A stretch of DNA of 64,000 bases. Source: Leptospiraceae bacterium (GTDB lineage: Bacteria > Spirochaetota > Leptospiria > Leptospirales > Leptonemataceae). The stretch's first letter is position 1, and every line of letters starts with the position of its first letter. A program made the translations under genes and the position numbers. Below, in pieces: positions 19,405 to 27,662 of the stretch. The stretch covers positions 64,001 to 128,000 of the forward strand of contig JAVJNR010000006.1 in NCBI GenBank assembly GCA_040217195.1. Direction: 5' to 3'. Below the pieces are notes generated by a model. It had not been told where the DNA came from and did no database searches. It saw only the letters and a program-made list of their open reading frames with translations.

Positions 19405-20442
19405 CTATTTAGGAACATGCCGCGCCAGAAATCGATCATTGGTATTATTCCAGAGGTCGACCAGGGCTTTACGTTTCTGATTTAGCTCGCTGTTGATTGC
19501 GTTGGCCCGGTTGACCAGTGAATTATACTCATTTACCAGACGGTTATAGGAATCCACCTGAGCCTGTGTCCTGCTCGATGCATCTACAGACTCCAGCGAC
19601 TGCTGGGCTCTTTCAAGCTGATCCTTTTTTAATGCCAGGTCCACGAATACGGCAGTCTTTTCTGCTTCTTCATCATAGAATTGCATTACCTGCCGGGCCA
19701 CGCGCAACAGAGAATCATCTCCTTTGTGAGCTTTAATACTCTGTAGCTTTTCTAGACCTTCTCTGGCATACTCCTGTAGAGACTCCCTGTTTTGTTCGAT
19801 GCCACTTATATCGTCCTTGTCCAGGGCTTCCATCAAGTAGACTTCCTGCTTGTAAGGCTTAAAATAGATGAGAAAGATATCGCTTTGATATCCCATAGCA
19901 GCGCTGGCCAGACTTAGCTTTCGACCGGTCTCATCGTCCCGTTCTACCAGGTTTATATTGTAGTCGGAAGCGAATTTCTCTTCTACTGCAGCGGCGTCGT
20001 CGGCTGCTTCGTCCAGGCGAAGATTGGCCTGTCGACGGGCTTCCATGTAGGCCTCCATCGTATCGTAGGACTCCTCGGCGATCTTCTTTAGATCCACCAG
20101 GCGGCCATAGTCCTCATTCAAGATCGCATACATGGTTTCCAGTAGTTCCAGCGTGGATTCTCTGTATCGATCATCGCCTTTATACGGGGCTAGTCTCTGC
20201 ACCCTCTGGATTGCATCTCTTACGGAATTAATTAAATTGCGTCTTTTTCGTTCCAGGTCTGCAGGGTCCTTGCTATGCGCGACGCTCTGCATGTAAGTAA
20301 GCATATTACCGCGAATGGGTTCCACAGGCTGGCCAACCTCTTTCATATGGGCCAGTGCACCTGCAGGGGTTCCATCCGGCGCCGGAATGGTGGCGCAATG
20401 AACCAGCAAGAATGCAGTGATCAATATCAGTGCCTTTTTCAT
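19405..20442 (-). CDS. Helical lipoprotein (LIC11966-like surface protein)
   Basis: Lipobox LVHC, all-alpha composition, AEESYDTMEAY and FA..YNINL motifs. Confidence 0.65.
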   Translation of the reverse strand: MKKALILITAFLLVHCATIPAPDGTPAGALAHMKEVGQPVEPIRGNMLTYMQSVAHSKDPADLERKRRNLINSVRDAIQRVQRLAPYKGDDRYRESTLELLETMYAILNEDYGRLVDLKKIAEESYDTMEAYMEARRQANLRLDEAADDAAAVEEKFASDYNINLVERDDETGRKLSLASAAMGYQSDIFLIYFKPYKQEVYLMEALDKDDISGIEQNRESLQEYAREGLEKLQSIKAHKGDDSLLRVARQVMQFYDEEAEKTAVFVDLALKKDQLERAQQSLESVDASSRTQAQVDSYNRLVNEYNSLVNRANAINSELNQKRKALVDLWNNTNDRFLARHVPK

Positions 20443-22476
20443 CTATCTACTCCTTCCTTTTTTGTCCGTCAGTTCGATATAATCGTTTAATATATAGAAT
20501 GCTTCTTCCAGGTAGGGATCACCCTGCAGTTGTTTGATTCGTTCTTCGTATAAGTTCCTGGTATATGGATCTACGGTCTGGGAAGCCCGGTCATAGGACT
20601 GAACCGATGCCTGAAATGCGGAGACCCGGTAATCCCCGGCAGACATTCCAGCCTGAAGAGCCAATCGAATGGGCTCCATCTCTTCGTAGAACTCGTCCGG
20701 TTCCAGGGTTACTGATTCGGGCATGCTGCCCAGGGCTTCCAGATTCTCCAGAAGGTTTATTACGATGCGAAAACCGTCTGAATCGTCCACTCTGTCTTCG
20801 CTACGGTCCCGGAGTTCAGACAGTGGTAGTTCCGGACCTTTTTCGTATGGTAATCGCTTTTCTATATCGTCTGCTTCCAGAACGGAAGGTAGATCGCCTT
20901 CGCGGTAAACAAAAGGGGAATATTGAGGAAGTGCAATATGAGGTTCAACTCCCACTCCCTGGTGGCTCTTGCCCTGTAGATTATAAAAGATTCTGGTAGT
21001 AATATTCAGGTAACCCGGGGAACCGATGGCCGGATCTCTGAATGGAAGCATCCTCTGAGCTGTGGCCTTGCCAAAAGTTCTTCGACCGACAATTAAAGCC
21101 CGGTTGTAATCCTTCATGGTTCCGGCAAAGAATTCGGAAGCGGAAGCACTTTGCTCGTTTACCAGAACCAGAAGTGGATCTCTGTAAACGGCACCTCGAT
21201 TCGGGTCTTTGAAGATCTCCACCTGGTCTCCCTGGACCCCGAAGAATAACGGACCGGAGTCTATGAACAGTCCGCATAGATCTTCTGCTTCTGCCAGAGA
21301 ACCACCGCCATTATTTCGAAGATCAAGAATCAGACCATCGATTCCTTCCCGGCGTAGCTTGATAATTTCGGCGGCTACATCGCTTGCACTGGCAGGTAAC
21401 TCTTCGGATTCCCAGGATTGATAGAAAGAGGGAAGATAAATATAGCCAAGCTTTCGTTCGCCTCTTAGAATAAAGCCGGTAACAATGTTCTCTTCCAATC
21501 TTACTGTTTCTTTTTGTAGTGTTACCTGAATGATTATTCCGTCTGGCTTACGAATTTTGAATACTCCTGGACCGGAGTTATGGGAGCTTAAAATTTCCTG
21601 AAGCTCTGTGGGACCCAGGTCTGCTCCATAGATTCTCTCTTTCCTGGCCGGGAAACGCACTTCAATGATTACATCCCTGGGATTGATCTGACCGGACTTC
21701 CAGGCGGATCCACCTGGCACAATTCTAGCAATCTCGATTTCATTCAATGCATTGGAGCGAAGCACCAGGCCAAAGGATTTGCCCGTGGAAGAGAGACTCT
21801 GTTGAAACCGATCCATATCTTCCGGGCTAAGAACGGCCGTATGCGGATCGAAGCGACTGAGAAGAGCTCTACAATATAAAAAGTAGAGATATCTCTGCAA
21901 TCCTTCCGGGGGGCTCAGGCCCTTTTGCAAACTACGAATTCTGGATCGAATCACTTGCTCTTTAGTTTCTGAGAATTCGTCGGTGATGAGTTCTTTAAAC
22001 TGCTGCTTGTTGGTTGGAAGATGTTCCAGATAGATTCGTCGCAATATTTCGAACTTAACAAGCATACCCAATCGATGCCGCAGTTCAATTTCATCCGTAT
22101 AGTCTACATCAGAGAGCTCAAGTTCGCCGGTAAAATCCAGCCGGGATGATTTAAGTCCGGTTAGAGTACTAATTGCATGGCGCACACGAAGAGAATAGAG
22201 GTTACGAACAAGAACCAAAAACTCAAGGCTGGCCTTTCCCCGGTTTTGTTCTTCCGATTCCATGAATACATCTATGTCTTTTTCTGTGAAGATACTTCTG
22301 GTTGGATCAAGTTGTCTGAAAAAAAGGTCCAGTGCCGCTTCATAGTCGCTGGAGGACAGATTCGGAGCCTGAACATGGGCTCGATTGGCCAGCTCTACCG
22401 GTGGAAATAGGATCTCAGCGGTATCCGCTCTTAATAGAAATGGAATGAACAGAATTACAATTAATGAACGACGCAT
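20443..22476 (-). CDS. Carboxyl-terminal processing protease (S41, Prc/Tsp-type)
   Basis: LDP..S.F, FDPHT, PDZ region, GYIYLPSFY, DLRNNGGGSL, SASASE (catalytic Ser) and TFGKAT.Q (Lys). Confidence 0.9.
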   Translation of the reverse strand: MRRSLIVILFIPFLLRADTAEILFPPVELANRAHVQAPNLSSSDYEAALDLFFRQLDPTRSIFTEKDIDVFMESEEQNRGKASLEFLVLVRNLYSLRVRHAISTLTGLKSSRLDFTGELELSDVDYTDEIELRHRLGMLVKFEILRRIYLEHLPTNKQQFKELITDEFSETKEQVIRSRIRSLQKGLSPPEGLQRYLYFLYCRALLSRFDPHTAVLSPEDMDRFQQSLSSTGKSFGLVLRSNALNEIEIARIVPGGSAWKSGQINPRDVIIEVRFPARKERIYGADLGPTELQEILSSHNSGPGVFKIRKPDGIIIQVTLQKETVRLEENIVTGFILRGERKLGYIYLPSFYQSWESEELPASASDVAAEIIKLRREGIDGLILDLRNNGGGSLAEAEDLCGLFIDSGPLFFGVQGDQVEIFKDPNRGAVYRDPLLVLVNEQSASASEFFAGTMKDYNRALIVGRRTFGKATAQRMLPFRDPAIGSPGYLNITTRIFYNLQGKSHQGVGVEPHIALPQYSPFVYREGDLPSVLEADDIEKRLPYEKGPELPLSELRDRSEDRVDDSDGFRIVINLLENLEALGSMPESVTLEPDEFYEEMEPIRLALQAGMSAGDYRVSAFQASVQSYDRASQTVDPYTRNLYEERIKQLQGDPYLEEAFYILNDYIELTDKKGRSR

Positions 22477-22597
22477 GAAAACCCACTAAATTCAGATGGC
22501 CATGTAGCCTGTACTACAGACTCTAAATAATCAATGAATTTTCAGTTTCTTTTTGCGGATCCATTCTTGGGACAAATTGGTAGTCTGATCTGAGAAA

Positions 22598-24352
22598 TTA
22601 GCCTTCTTCTTGCCAGCAATTCCTTCTTCTGACCAGGCGGTCATCATTCCAGAGTGCAGAACGCTGAATCAACTCTTCCACAGTAATCCCGTATCTTTCC
22701 TCCAACATTTCAATGGCCGGGGAGCCCGCCTGCTTATGCGATTTTAGTTTATCAAGTCTCTGTTCTATGTCCGGTACCATGGCAAGAAGAGCTGGATCCC
22801 ATCTGGAAATAGTTCCATATGGAGTGGACATGATTTCATCGTAGCGATGATCGCCTGTGCTGCAAAACAACACATCCTTGGCCAGGACCTCCAGTGTGCC
22901 AATGGAATGCTCATGACCTGGGCGGAATCGCAATAGAATTGGCAATCGGGCTACATATGCATCGCTAATGCCCTGTTCATCGATGATATGTACATAAGGT
23001 CCGGCGGACAGGCCCACATATCCCAGGCCCATGCCTTCCATACAGGTTGCTTCCGCCTGGCTATTGGCTATTCGAAAGGTACGATAATTGAGGCAAGATT
23101 GCAGCTCGGATAGCTCCTGACCACGCTTTCCCCAGGGATGGTTCGTAGCCTGCAACAAGCCCGGTCCTTTAGTCTCGAATTTTTGTACAAAGTGAAACCG
23201 TTCGTTAGCAATAAAGCCCCGGGACTGAGGAATGGGGATGAACATAGCCACGATACTTGCGATGGCAAAAACGGCCAGGACTCTGGATGGATGAGCATCC
23301 CAGCGCGAAAGAAATCCATTCCATCTTGCAGGCAATGGAATGGTGAACAATCTACGCGCAAGCCAGGCCATCATAATTAATTCTGGTAATAGGAATCGAA
23401 AGGCCATGAAGTCACCGCCCAGGCGCATCACATAAATGATCATTAGAAGGGGCGCCCCAAGGTCACGAACCAGGCGAAACCAGTTCGTGGATCTTCGGGC
23501 TGGATCTTCTGTGGTGGGAGCATTGTAGTAGGTCAAATAAGCATAAGCCAGTAGAAGCAGAATCAAGATCCAGGCAGTAGGCGCAAATGCGATGGAGTGT
23601 GCCAGGTACTTAATTCCCTGAATCCAGTAGCTATCCAATCCGGCTTTTGCATAATATGTGTTCGGGAATAGCTCCCCGTAGTACAGATACCGAAACAGAT
23701 GCCAGGAGCCAGCGACTATTAGAACTGCGAATGCCGCTCGACCGGCCCGACCAATTAGTTGCAGCCGATTCAAATGCTTCTGGCGGAGCAATTCCCAGAT
23801 AAAAAAGAAACCATACCAGACAGCAAACAAACCAAGTTCAGGCCGAATAAGGTAAAGTAGCCCCAGGTAAAAACCCAGAAGCCCCGGTCTTTCTGCAGGT
23901 CGATTTTGTTCCAGCATCAAGTAGAACAATCCCAGTACAAATGCTAGAAGTCCTAGCTCCATGCCGGAGGCAGCAAATTGCCGAAACCCCGGATGAGCAG
24001 CCAGCAAGAAGGGAATCAGCAGATGAAGGTAACGAAATGGGGTTGAATCGCCTTCCGGGCGCGATGGAGTCCGAATCAGAAGAAGCAAGCCTGCCAATCC
24101 CAAAACGGCGCCCAGGAATACGGCTGTTATGGAAGAATTCAGCCCAAAGCCTCTAAAAATCACCAGAATCAAAAACCAGAGTGGATGGGTGTATACCTCT
24201 GTTTGTTCTCCGGGGTTAAAAACTGGTCCCATTGTATGGTAAAGGTTTTCCACAGCTCTGAGGGTGATGGCGGCATCCTCTGCCAGCCAGGCTTCGCTAA
24301 GCAAACCAAACGTAGAAAGCAGGATCAGGACGGTTAAGATTACTGGGCGCAC
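22598..24352 (-). CDS. GT-C-fold membrane glycosyltransferase (arabinofuranosyltransferase AftB-like)
   Basis: EDAAITLR...N...G.VFNPGE..E.YTHPLW, SGME, IRPE, YYGELFPNTYYAK, GGDFM..RFLLP and RPGH, with many TM helices. Confidence 0.7.
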   Translation of the reverse strand: MRPVILTVLILLSTFGLLSEAWLAEDAAITLRAVENLYHTMGPVFNPGEQTEVYTHPLWFLILVIFRGFGLNSSITAVFLGAVLGLAGLLLLIRTPSRPEGDSTPFRYLHLLIPFLLAAHPGFRQFAASGMELGLLAFVLGLFYLMLEQNRPAERPGLLGFYLGLLYLIRPELGLFAVWYGFFFIWELLRQKHLNRLQLIGRAGRAAFAVLIVAGSWHLFRYLYYGELFPNTYYAKAGLDSYWIQGIKYLAHSIAFAPTAWILILLLLAYAYLTYYNAPTTEDPARRSTNWFRLVRDLGAPLLMIIYVMRLGGDFMAFRFLLPELIMMAWLARRLFTIPLPARWNGFLSRWDAHPSRVLAVFAIASIVAMFIPIPQSRGFIANERFHFVQKFETKGPGLLQATNHPWGKRGQELSELQSCLNYRTFRIANSQAEATCMEGMGLGYVGLSAGPYVHIIDEQGISDAYVARLPILLRFRPGHEHSIGTLEVLAKDVLFCSTGDHRYDEIMSTPYGTISRWDPALLAMVPDIEQRLDKLKSHKQAGSPAIEMLEERYGITVEELIQRSALWNDDRLVRRRNCWQEEG

Positions 24353-24461
24353 ATCTCCCTATGGTTGGTGCCGATTTCCCTGGAAACCGATTTTTTCGCC
24401 CTGTGCCCCGCAGCATAAATCTATTTTGGGCTGGAAAGTTCTGCAGCCTTCTGCTACCTTG

Positions 24462-24497
24462 TTTACAGATAAGGGGTCAGGCCTAGACTGACCTCTT
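24462..24497 (+). promoter_or_regulatory. Probable sigma-70 promoter of ssrA overlapped by an inverted repeat
   Basis: TTTACA-N16-TAGACT about 10 nt before the mature 5' end. AAGGGGTCAG-N7-CTGACCTCTT spans the -10. Confidence 0.45.
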
Positions 24498-24499
24498 CA

Positions 24500-24845
24500 G
24501 GGGACGAAAAGGTTTCGACTGCTGTGATTTCGAGATCCAGGTCGCATGCGGAGTTGAGGAGCTTCTTAAAACCTCACCTTATAAGTGCTAACAACGAACA
24601 CGCACTGGCTGCATAATTAATGTGGTCACGCTCCCTGTAGTTTCCCTTCCGGGGCTACAGACGAGTGTCAATTTACGGAAGGTCTGCTAACTTGGTTCGG
24701 ATAGCGATTTAGCAGGAACATACTATTCGAAACGTCAGGTTGTGGTTTGTTGCTGCACCGATGCCTGCCGTAACGAGCAGCGACTAAGCATGTAGTGGCC
24801 TGTTTTTCGCGCCGTAGGACGCGGGTTCGACTCCCGCCGTCTCCA
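24500..24845 (+). ncRNA. ssrA: tmRNA (transfer-messenger RNA)
   Basis: 5' GGGGACGAAAAGGTTTCGAC pairs with 3' CGTCTCCA, with the G3.U alanine identity pair. T-arm GCGGGTTCGACTCCCGC. Tag frame GCT AAC AAC GAA CAC GCA CTG GCT GCA TAA = ANNEHALAA*. Confidence 0.97.
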
Positions 24846-24989
24846 CACTTGCAGGATAAATCTGCCATTGATAACGGCGTCCGTCGCGCTCCGCGAACGA
24901 CTCCCGCCGTCTCCAATTCGCTGCGCTCATTTGTTGGGCCGCCGCCAGGTCGTCGACCACTCCGTGGGCGACTCCCGCCGTCTCCACAG

Positions 24990-25089
24990 CGCAAGTGGGG
25001 GTAGTCGAGCGGCGAAGGCCGCGCCTCCTTGCACGGACTCCGCCGCGCTCGCCCGTCCTGGGCTCGCGTTTCGACCACCCCCACTTGCG
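24990..25089 (-). repeat. Palindromic element A1 (Y-shaped, two GGA loops on minus strand)
   Basis: Terminal IR CGCAAGTGGGGGT(A/G)GTCGA, 18/19 match. Internal hairpins GCCC-AGGAC-GGGC and CCGTGC-AAGGAG-GCGCGG. Confidence 0.85.
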
Positions 25090-25198
25090 GGGGGCCTCGG
25101 GGATGTGGACCTTTATTTGCATTCCCTTTATGGATCTGGTCAAACTGATAGCGAGCAAAGATCCCACTGTTTTGGTAAGGACTAGCCTGATAAAACTA

Positions 25199-25295
25199 GA
25201 CGTTAAACCCGTATCGAGCCACACCCAGGGATGGGTGTAGCCCTGGCTCGGTACAGGGATGTGCCGTGCCAGGGCCGAGATGCGGGTTCAACGTC
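25199..25295 (+). repeat. Palindromic element B1 (Y-shaped, two GGA loops on plus strand)
   Basis: Terminal IR GACGTTAAACCCGTATC / GATGCGGGTTCAACGTC. Hairpins ACACCC-AGGGAT-GGGTGT and GCCCTGGC..CGGTAC-AGGGAT-GTGCCG..GCCAGGGC. Confidence 0.85.
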
Positions 25296-25319
25296 CGGCG
25301 ACTCCCGCCGTCTCCACAG

Positions 25320-25418
25320 CGCAAGTGGGGGTAGCCGAGCGGCGAAGGCCGCGCCTCCGTGGACGGACTCCCACACGCTCGTGCTTCCTGCACTCGCCTT
25401 TCGATCTATCCCATCTGC
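25320..25418 (-). repeat. Palindromic element A2 (second, diverged or chimeric copy of A)
   Basis: First ~39 nt nearly identical to A1. Distal half diverged, with hairpin GTGC-AGGAA-GCAC. Confidence 0.8.
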
Positions 25419-25519
25419 TGGTGTTAATAGCCTCCCTTCTTGTCTAATGATGGCCTGGGTTCGACCGAGCACGGAATAAGACCGTACCTGCTTCGAGCAA
25501 GTTTGTCATTCCAAACATG

Positions 25520-25610
25520 GACGTTGAACCTGTATCGAGCCGCTCCCACGGATGGGAGCAGTCTGTGCTCGGAACAGGGAGGTGCCGCGCGCAGACCGAG
25601 AGGGGCGGGT
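25520..25610 (+). repeat. Palindromic element B2 (second copy of B)
   Basis: GACGTTGAACCTGTATCGAGCC, then GCTCCC-ACGGAT-GGGAGC and GTCTGTGC..CGGAAC-AGGGAG-GTGCCG..GCGCAGAC. Confidence 0.8.
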
Positions 25611-25778
25611 AGGCCCAGTAACAGCATCGAAGGATATCCGCAACTTGCCAACTATTGTGTCCAAAATGCCTTGACAGTAACTTTGAATCCACCTCTTTTC
25701 ATGGGAACCATTCGAGCATCAAATAGTGTTGCGTGCAGTTCTACGCGATCCCATGCAATGCATCGAGGTACTCCATCC

Positions 25779-27056
25779 ATGAACGACATTCAGAAAGAGG
25801 GTATTGAGAAGCAGTTCCGCCAGGAGCTGCTGCGAAAGCTTACTCTTGGTGTCCGTCTGGGGTCAATGCTGATAGTCTTTGCCTTCTTTAGTTTTGCATT
25901 TATTGACAGAGTTTTTGATCCGGCCTACCCGGAACTACTGATGCGAATCCGAATTATACTGGTTTCCCTGGGTATTACGATTTTTCTGCTGAGCTTTGTC
26001 CCGTTATTTCGCAACTACTTGCCCATGCGCTTATTGAGTTTCGTTCTGGTTCTTATATCCGGCGGAGGTGTGGCCGTATTGACGGAGCTTACCGGTGGCT
26101 CCGTTAGTCCCTACTGGGCCATGATTATTGTTACGTTCTTCGGTGCCACATTGCTCTTGAATTTCTCTGTGGCCGGTTCGTTCACAGTCTATCTGCTGGT
26201 GTTCATTTTCTACGATGCCTTGCTAATCTACTCCGGAGAAAAGATAGGGACTATAAGTTTTGTAAGTAGCAATGCAGGTATCCTTCTGTCCATTGTTGTG
26301 AGTGTTACTGGTAGTGGCTATCTGCGCATACTCATGCACAGGGATTTCGAATCGAGGCATAGTCTGAATCGTGCATACGACGAGCTGAGTGGGCTGCACG
26401 AGGAACTCAGGGATGAAAAGGAACAGAGCGAAAGACTTTTGCTCAATGTATTACCCGAGCAAATAGCGGCGAGACTACGATCCAGGCAGGAGATCATTGC
26501 CGATCGATTTGACGAGGTGACTATTTTGTTTGCCGATATTGTGGGATTCACCACCTACTCCGACGGAAAGCCACCCGATGAAATCATTATAGTTCTGAAC
26601 CAGATATTCTCTATCTTTGACGAATTGACTGAAGTGCACAACCTGGAAAAGATCAAGACCGTGGGCGATGCTTACATGGTCGTGGGAGGACTTCCGGAGC
26701 CGAGCACGGACCATGCGCAATCGGTGGCATTGATGGCCCTTGAAATGCTTGCTCAGATACGGGATTTTAACTCTCGCAGCAGATCAGACTTCCATCTTCG
26801 TATTGGTATTAACTCCGGTGAGGCGGTGGCCGGAGTCATTGGAAATAAGAAATTCATATACGATATCTGGGGCGACTCTGTGAATATTGCCAGCCGCATG
26901 GAATCCACCGGCATTCCAGATCGAATACAGATCACAGAATCTACCCGTGCCAGACTGGATCATGATTTCTTGATCGAAGAACGCGGCATTGTGGAAGTGA
27001 AAGGTAAAAGACCCATGCGCACATTTTTCTTAAATGCGCCGCGAATACCCGCCTGA
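25779..27056 (+). CDS. Membrane-bound class III adenylate cyclase
   Basis: About 6 TM helices, SERLLLNVLP, FADIVGFT, EKIKTVGDAYM and YDIWGDSVNIASRMES (the K/D pair indicates ATP specificity). SD GAGGT before ATG 25779. Confidence 0.92.
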   Translation: MNDIQKEGIEKQFRQELLRKLTLGVRLGSMLIVFAFFSFAFIDRVFDPAYPELLMRIRIILVSLGITIFLLSFVPLFRNYLPMRLLSFVLVLISGGGVAVLTELTGGSVSPYWAMIIVTFFGATLLLNFSVAGSFTVYLLVFIFYDALLIYSGEKIGTISFVSSNAGILLSIVVSVTGSGYLRILMHRDFESRHSLNRAYDELSGLHEELRDEKEQSERLLLNVLPEQIAARLRSRQEIIADRFDEVTILFADIVGFTTYSDGKPPDEIIIVLNQIFSIFDELTEVHNLEKIKTVGDAYMVVGGLPEPSTDHAQSVALMALEMLAQIRDFNSRSRSDFHLRIGINSGEAVAGVIGNKKFIYDIWGDSVNIASRMESTGIPDRIQITESTRARLDHDFLIEERGIVEVKGKRPMRTFFLNAPRIPA

Positions 27057-27260
27057 TCTATCGAAATACTGAGTCTCTTGGGACGTTGAACAGAACTGCT
27101 GGTAAGCCAAAGGAGCATGCCCAGCCTGCAAGGGCTCCTGATAATTGCAAGCAGGCAGCATTGGGCGCTTTGTTTCGCTCTGTGCCGGGCCAGTGAACCG
27201 GTGTTTTCTTGTTGGATCTGTAGGTCTAGTTTTCTGGCCCGTTTCGCGCAGGTGTCGGTC

Positions 27261-27515
27261 TTAGCTTCTCGCCGAGTTAACTTGTGATACAAATTCGTCG
27301 ACCAGACCGCGATTTTCAGGATCGATATCCATAAGGTTGCATACCTGGTTGTGCCCCTTGATTTTGATCCAGAGTTGGCCCTTTTTGTTTTCTTCAACTT
27401 CTAGGTTCTGTACATGACTTATGTGTATTCGCATGTTTCCTGCGTTGTAGAAGTTTTCAATAACTCTCCCGTCAAAAGATAGGATGTAACCTGCTGAATT
27501 TGTGAGCTCAATCAT
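27261..27515 (-). CDS. Small hypothetical protein (possible PH-like fold)
   Basis: 84-aa beta-rich frame with a C-terminal helix. GGAG SD before MIELTNS. Confidence 0.6.
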   Translation of the reverse strand: MIELTNSAGYILSFDGRVIENFYNAGNMRIHISHVQNLEVEENKKGQLWIKIKGHNQVCNLMDIDPENRGLVDEFVSQVNSARS

Positions 27516-27662
27516 GAATATCTCCAATGGCGCCCGGATCTGGTGGACGTTGCAAAAGATCCTGGGCGATTAAGAAATGAAAATCAAGTACATTATATGG
27601 TGGACCCGGCGCAGGGGATGAATGGGGGATCCTCTCCGCAATTGCCCTGGGATGAGCCGCTC

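Larger units (their letters stand above)
24828..25316 (+). repeat. Four exact copies of the 18-nt tmRNA 3' end CGACTCCCGCCGTCTCCA
   Basis: Copies at 24828-24845 (within tmRNA), 24898-24915, 24969-24986 and 25299-25316. Confidence 0.95.

Noticed and set aside
24828..24986. CRISPR array (three repeats at 70-71-nt period)
   Set aside because: The repeat is only 18 nt and is the tmRNA 3' end, the spacers are 52-53 nt and self-structured, and no cas genes are present.
24668..25778. Many overlapping ORFs over tmRNA and the repeat tract, including the 113-aa N-terminal extension of the cyclase ORF
   Set aside because: They are by-products of GC-rich palindromic sequence. The cyclase has its own SD and ATG at 25779.
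18792..27056. Complete Pycsar system (effector plus cyclase)
   Set aside because: The genes are 6 kb apart on opposite strands, and the cyclase is a membrane sensor type with ATP-specifying Lys/Asp.
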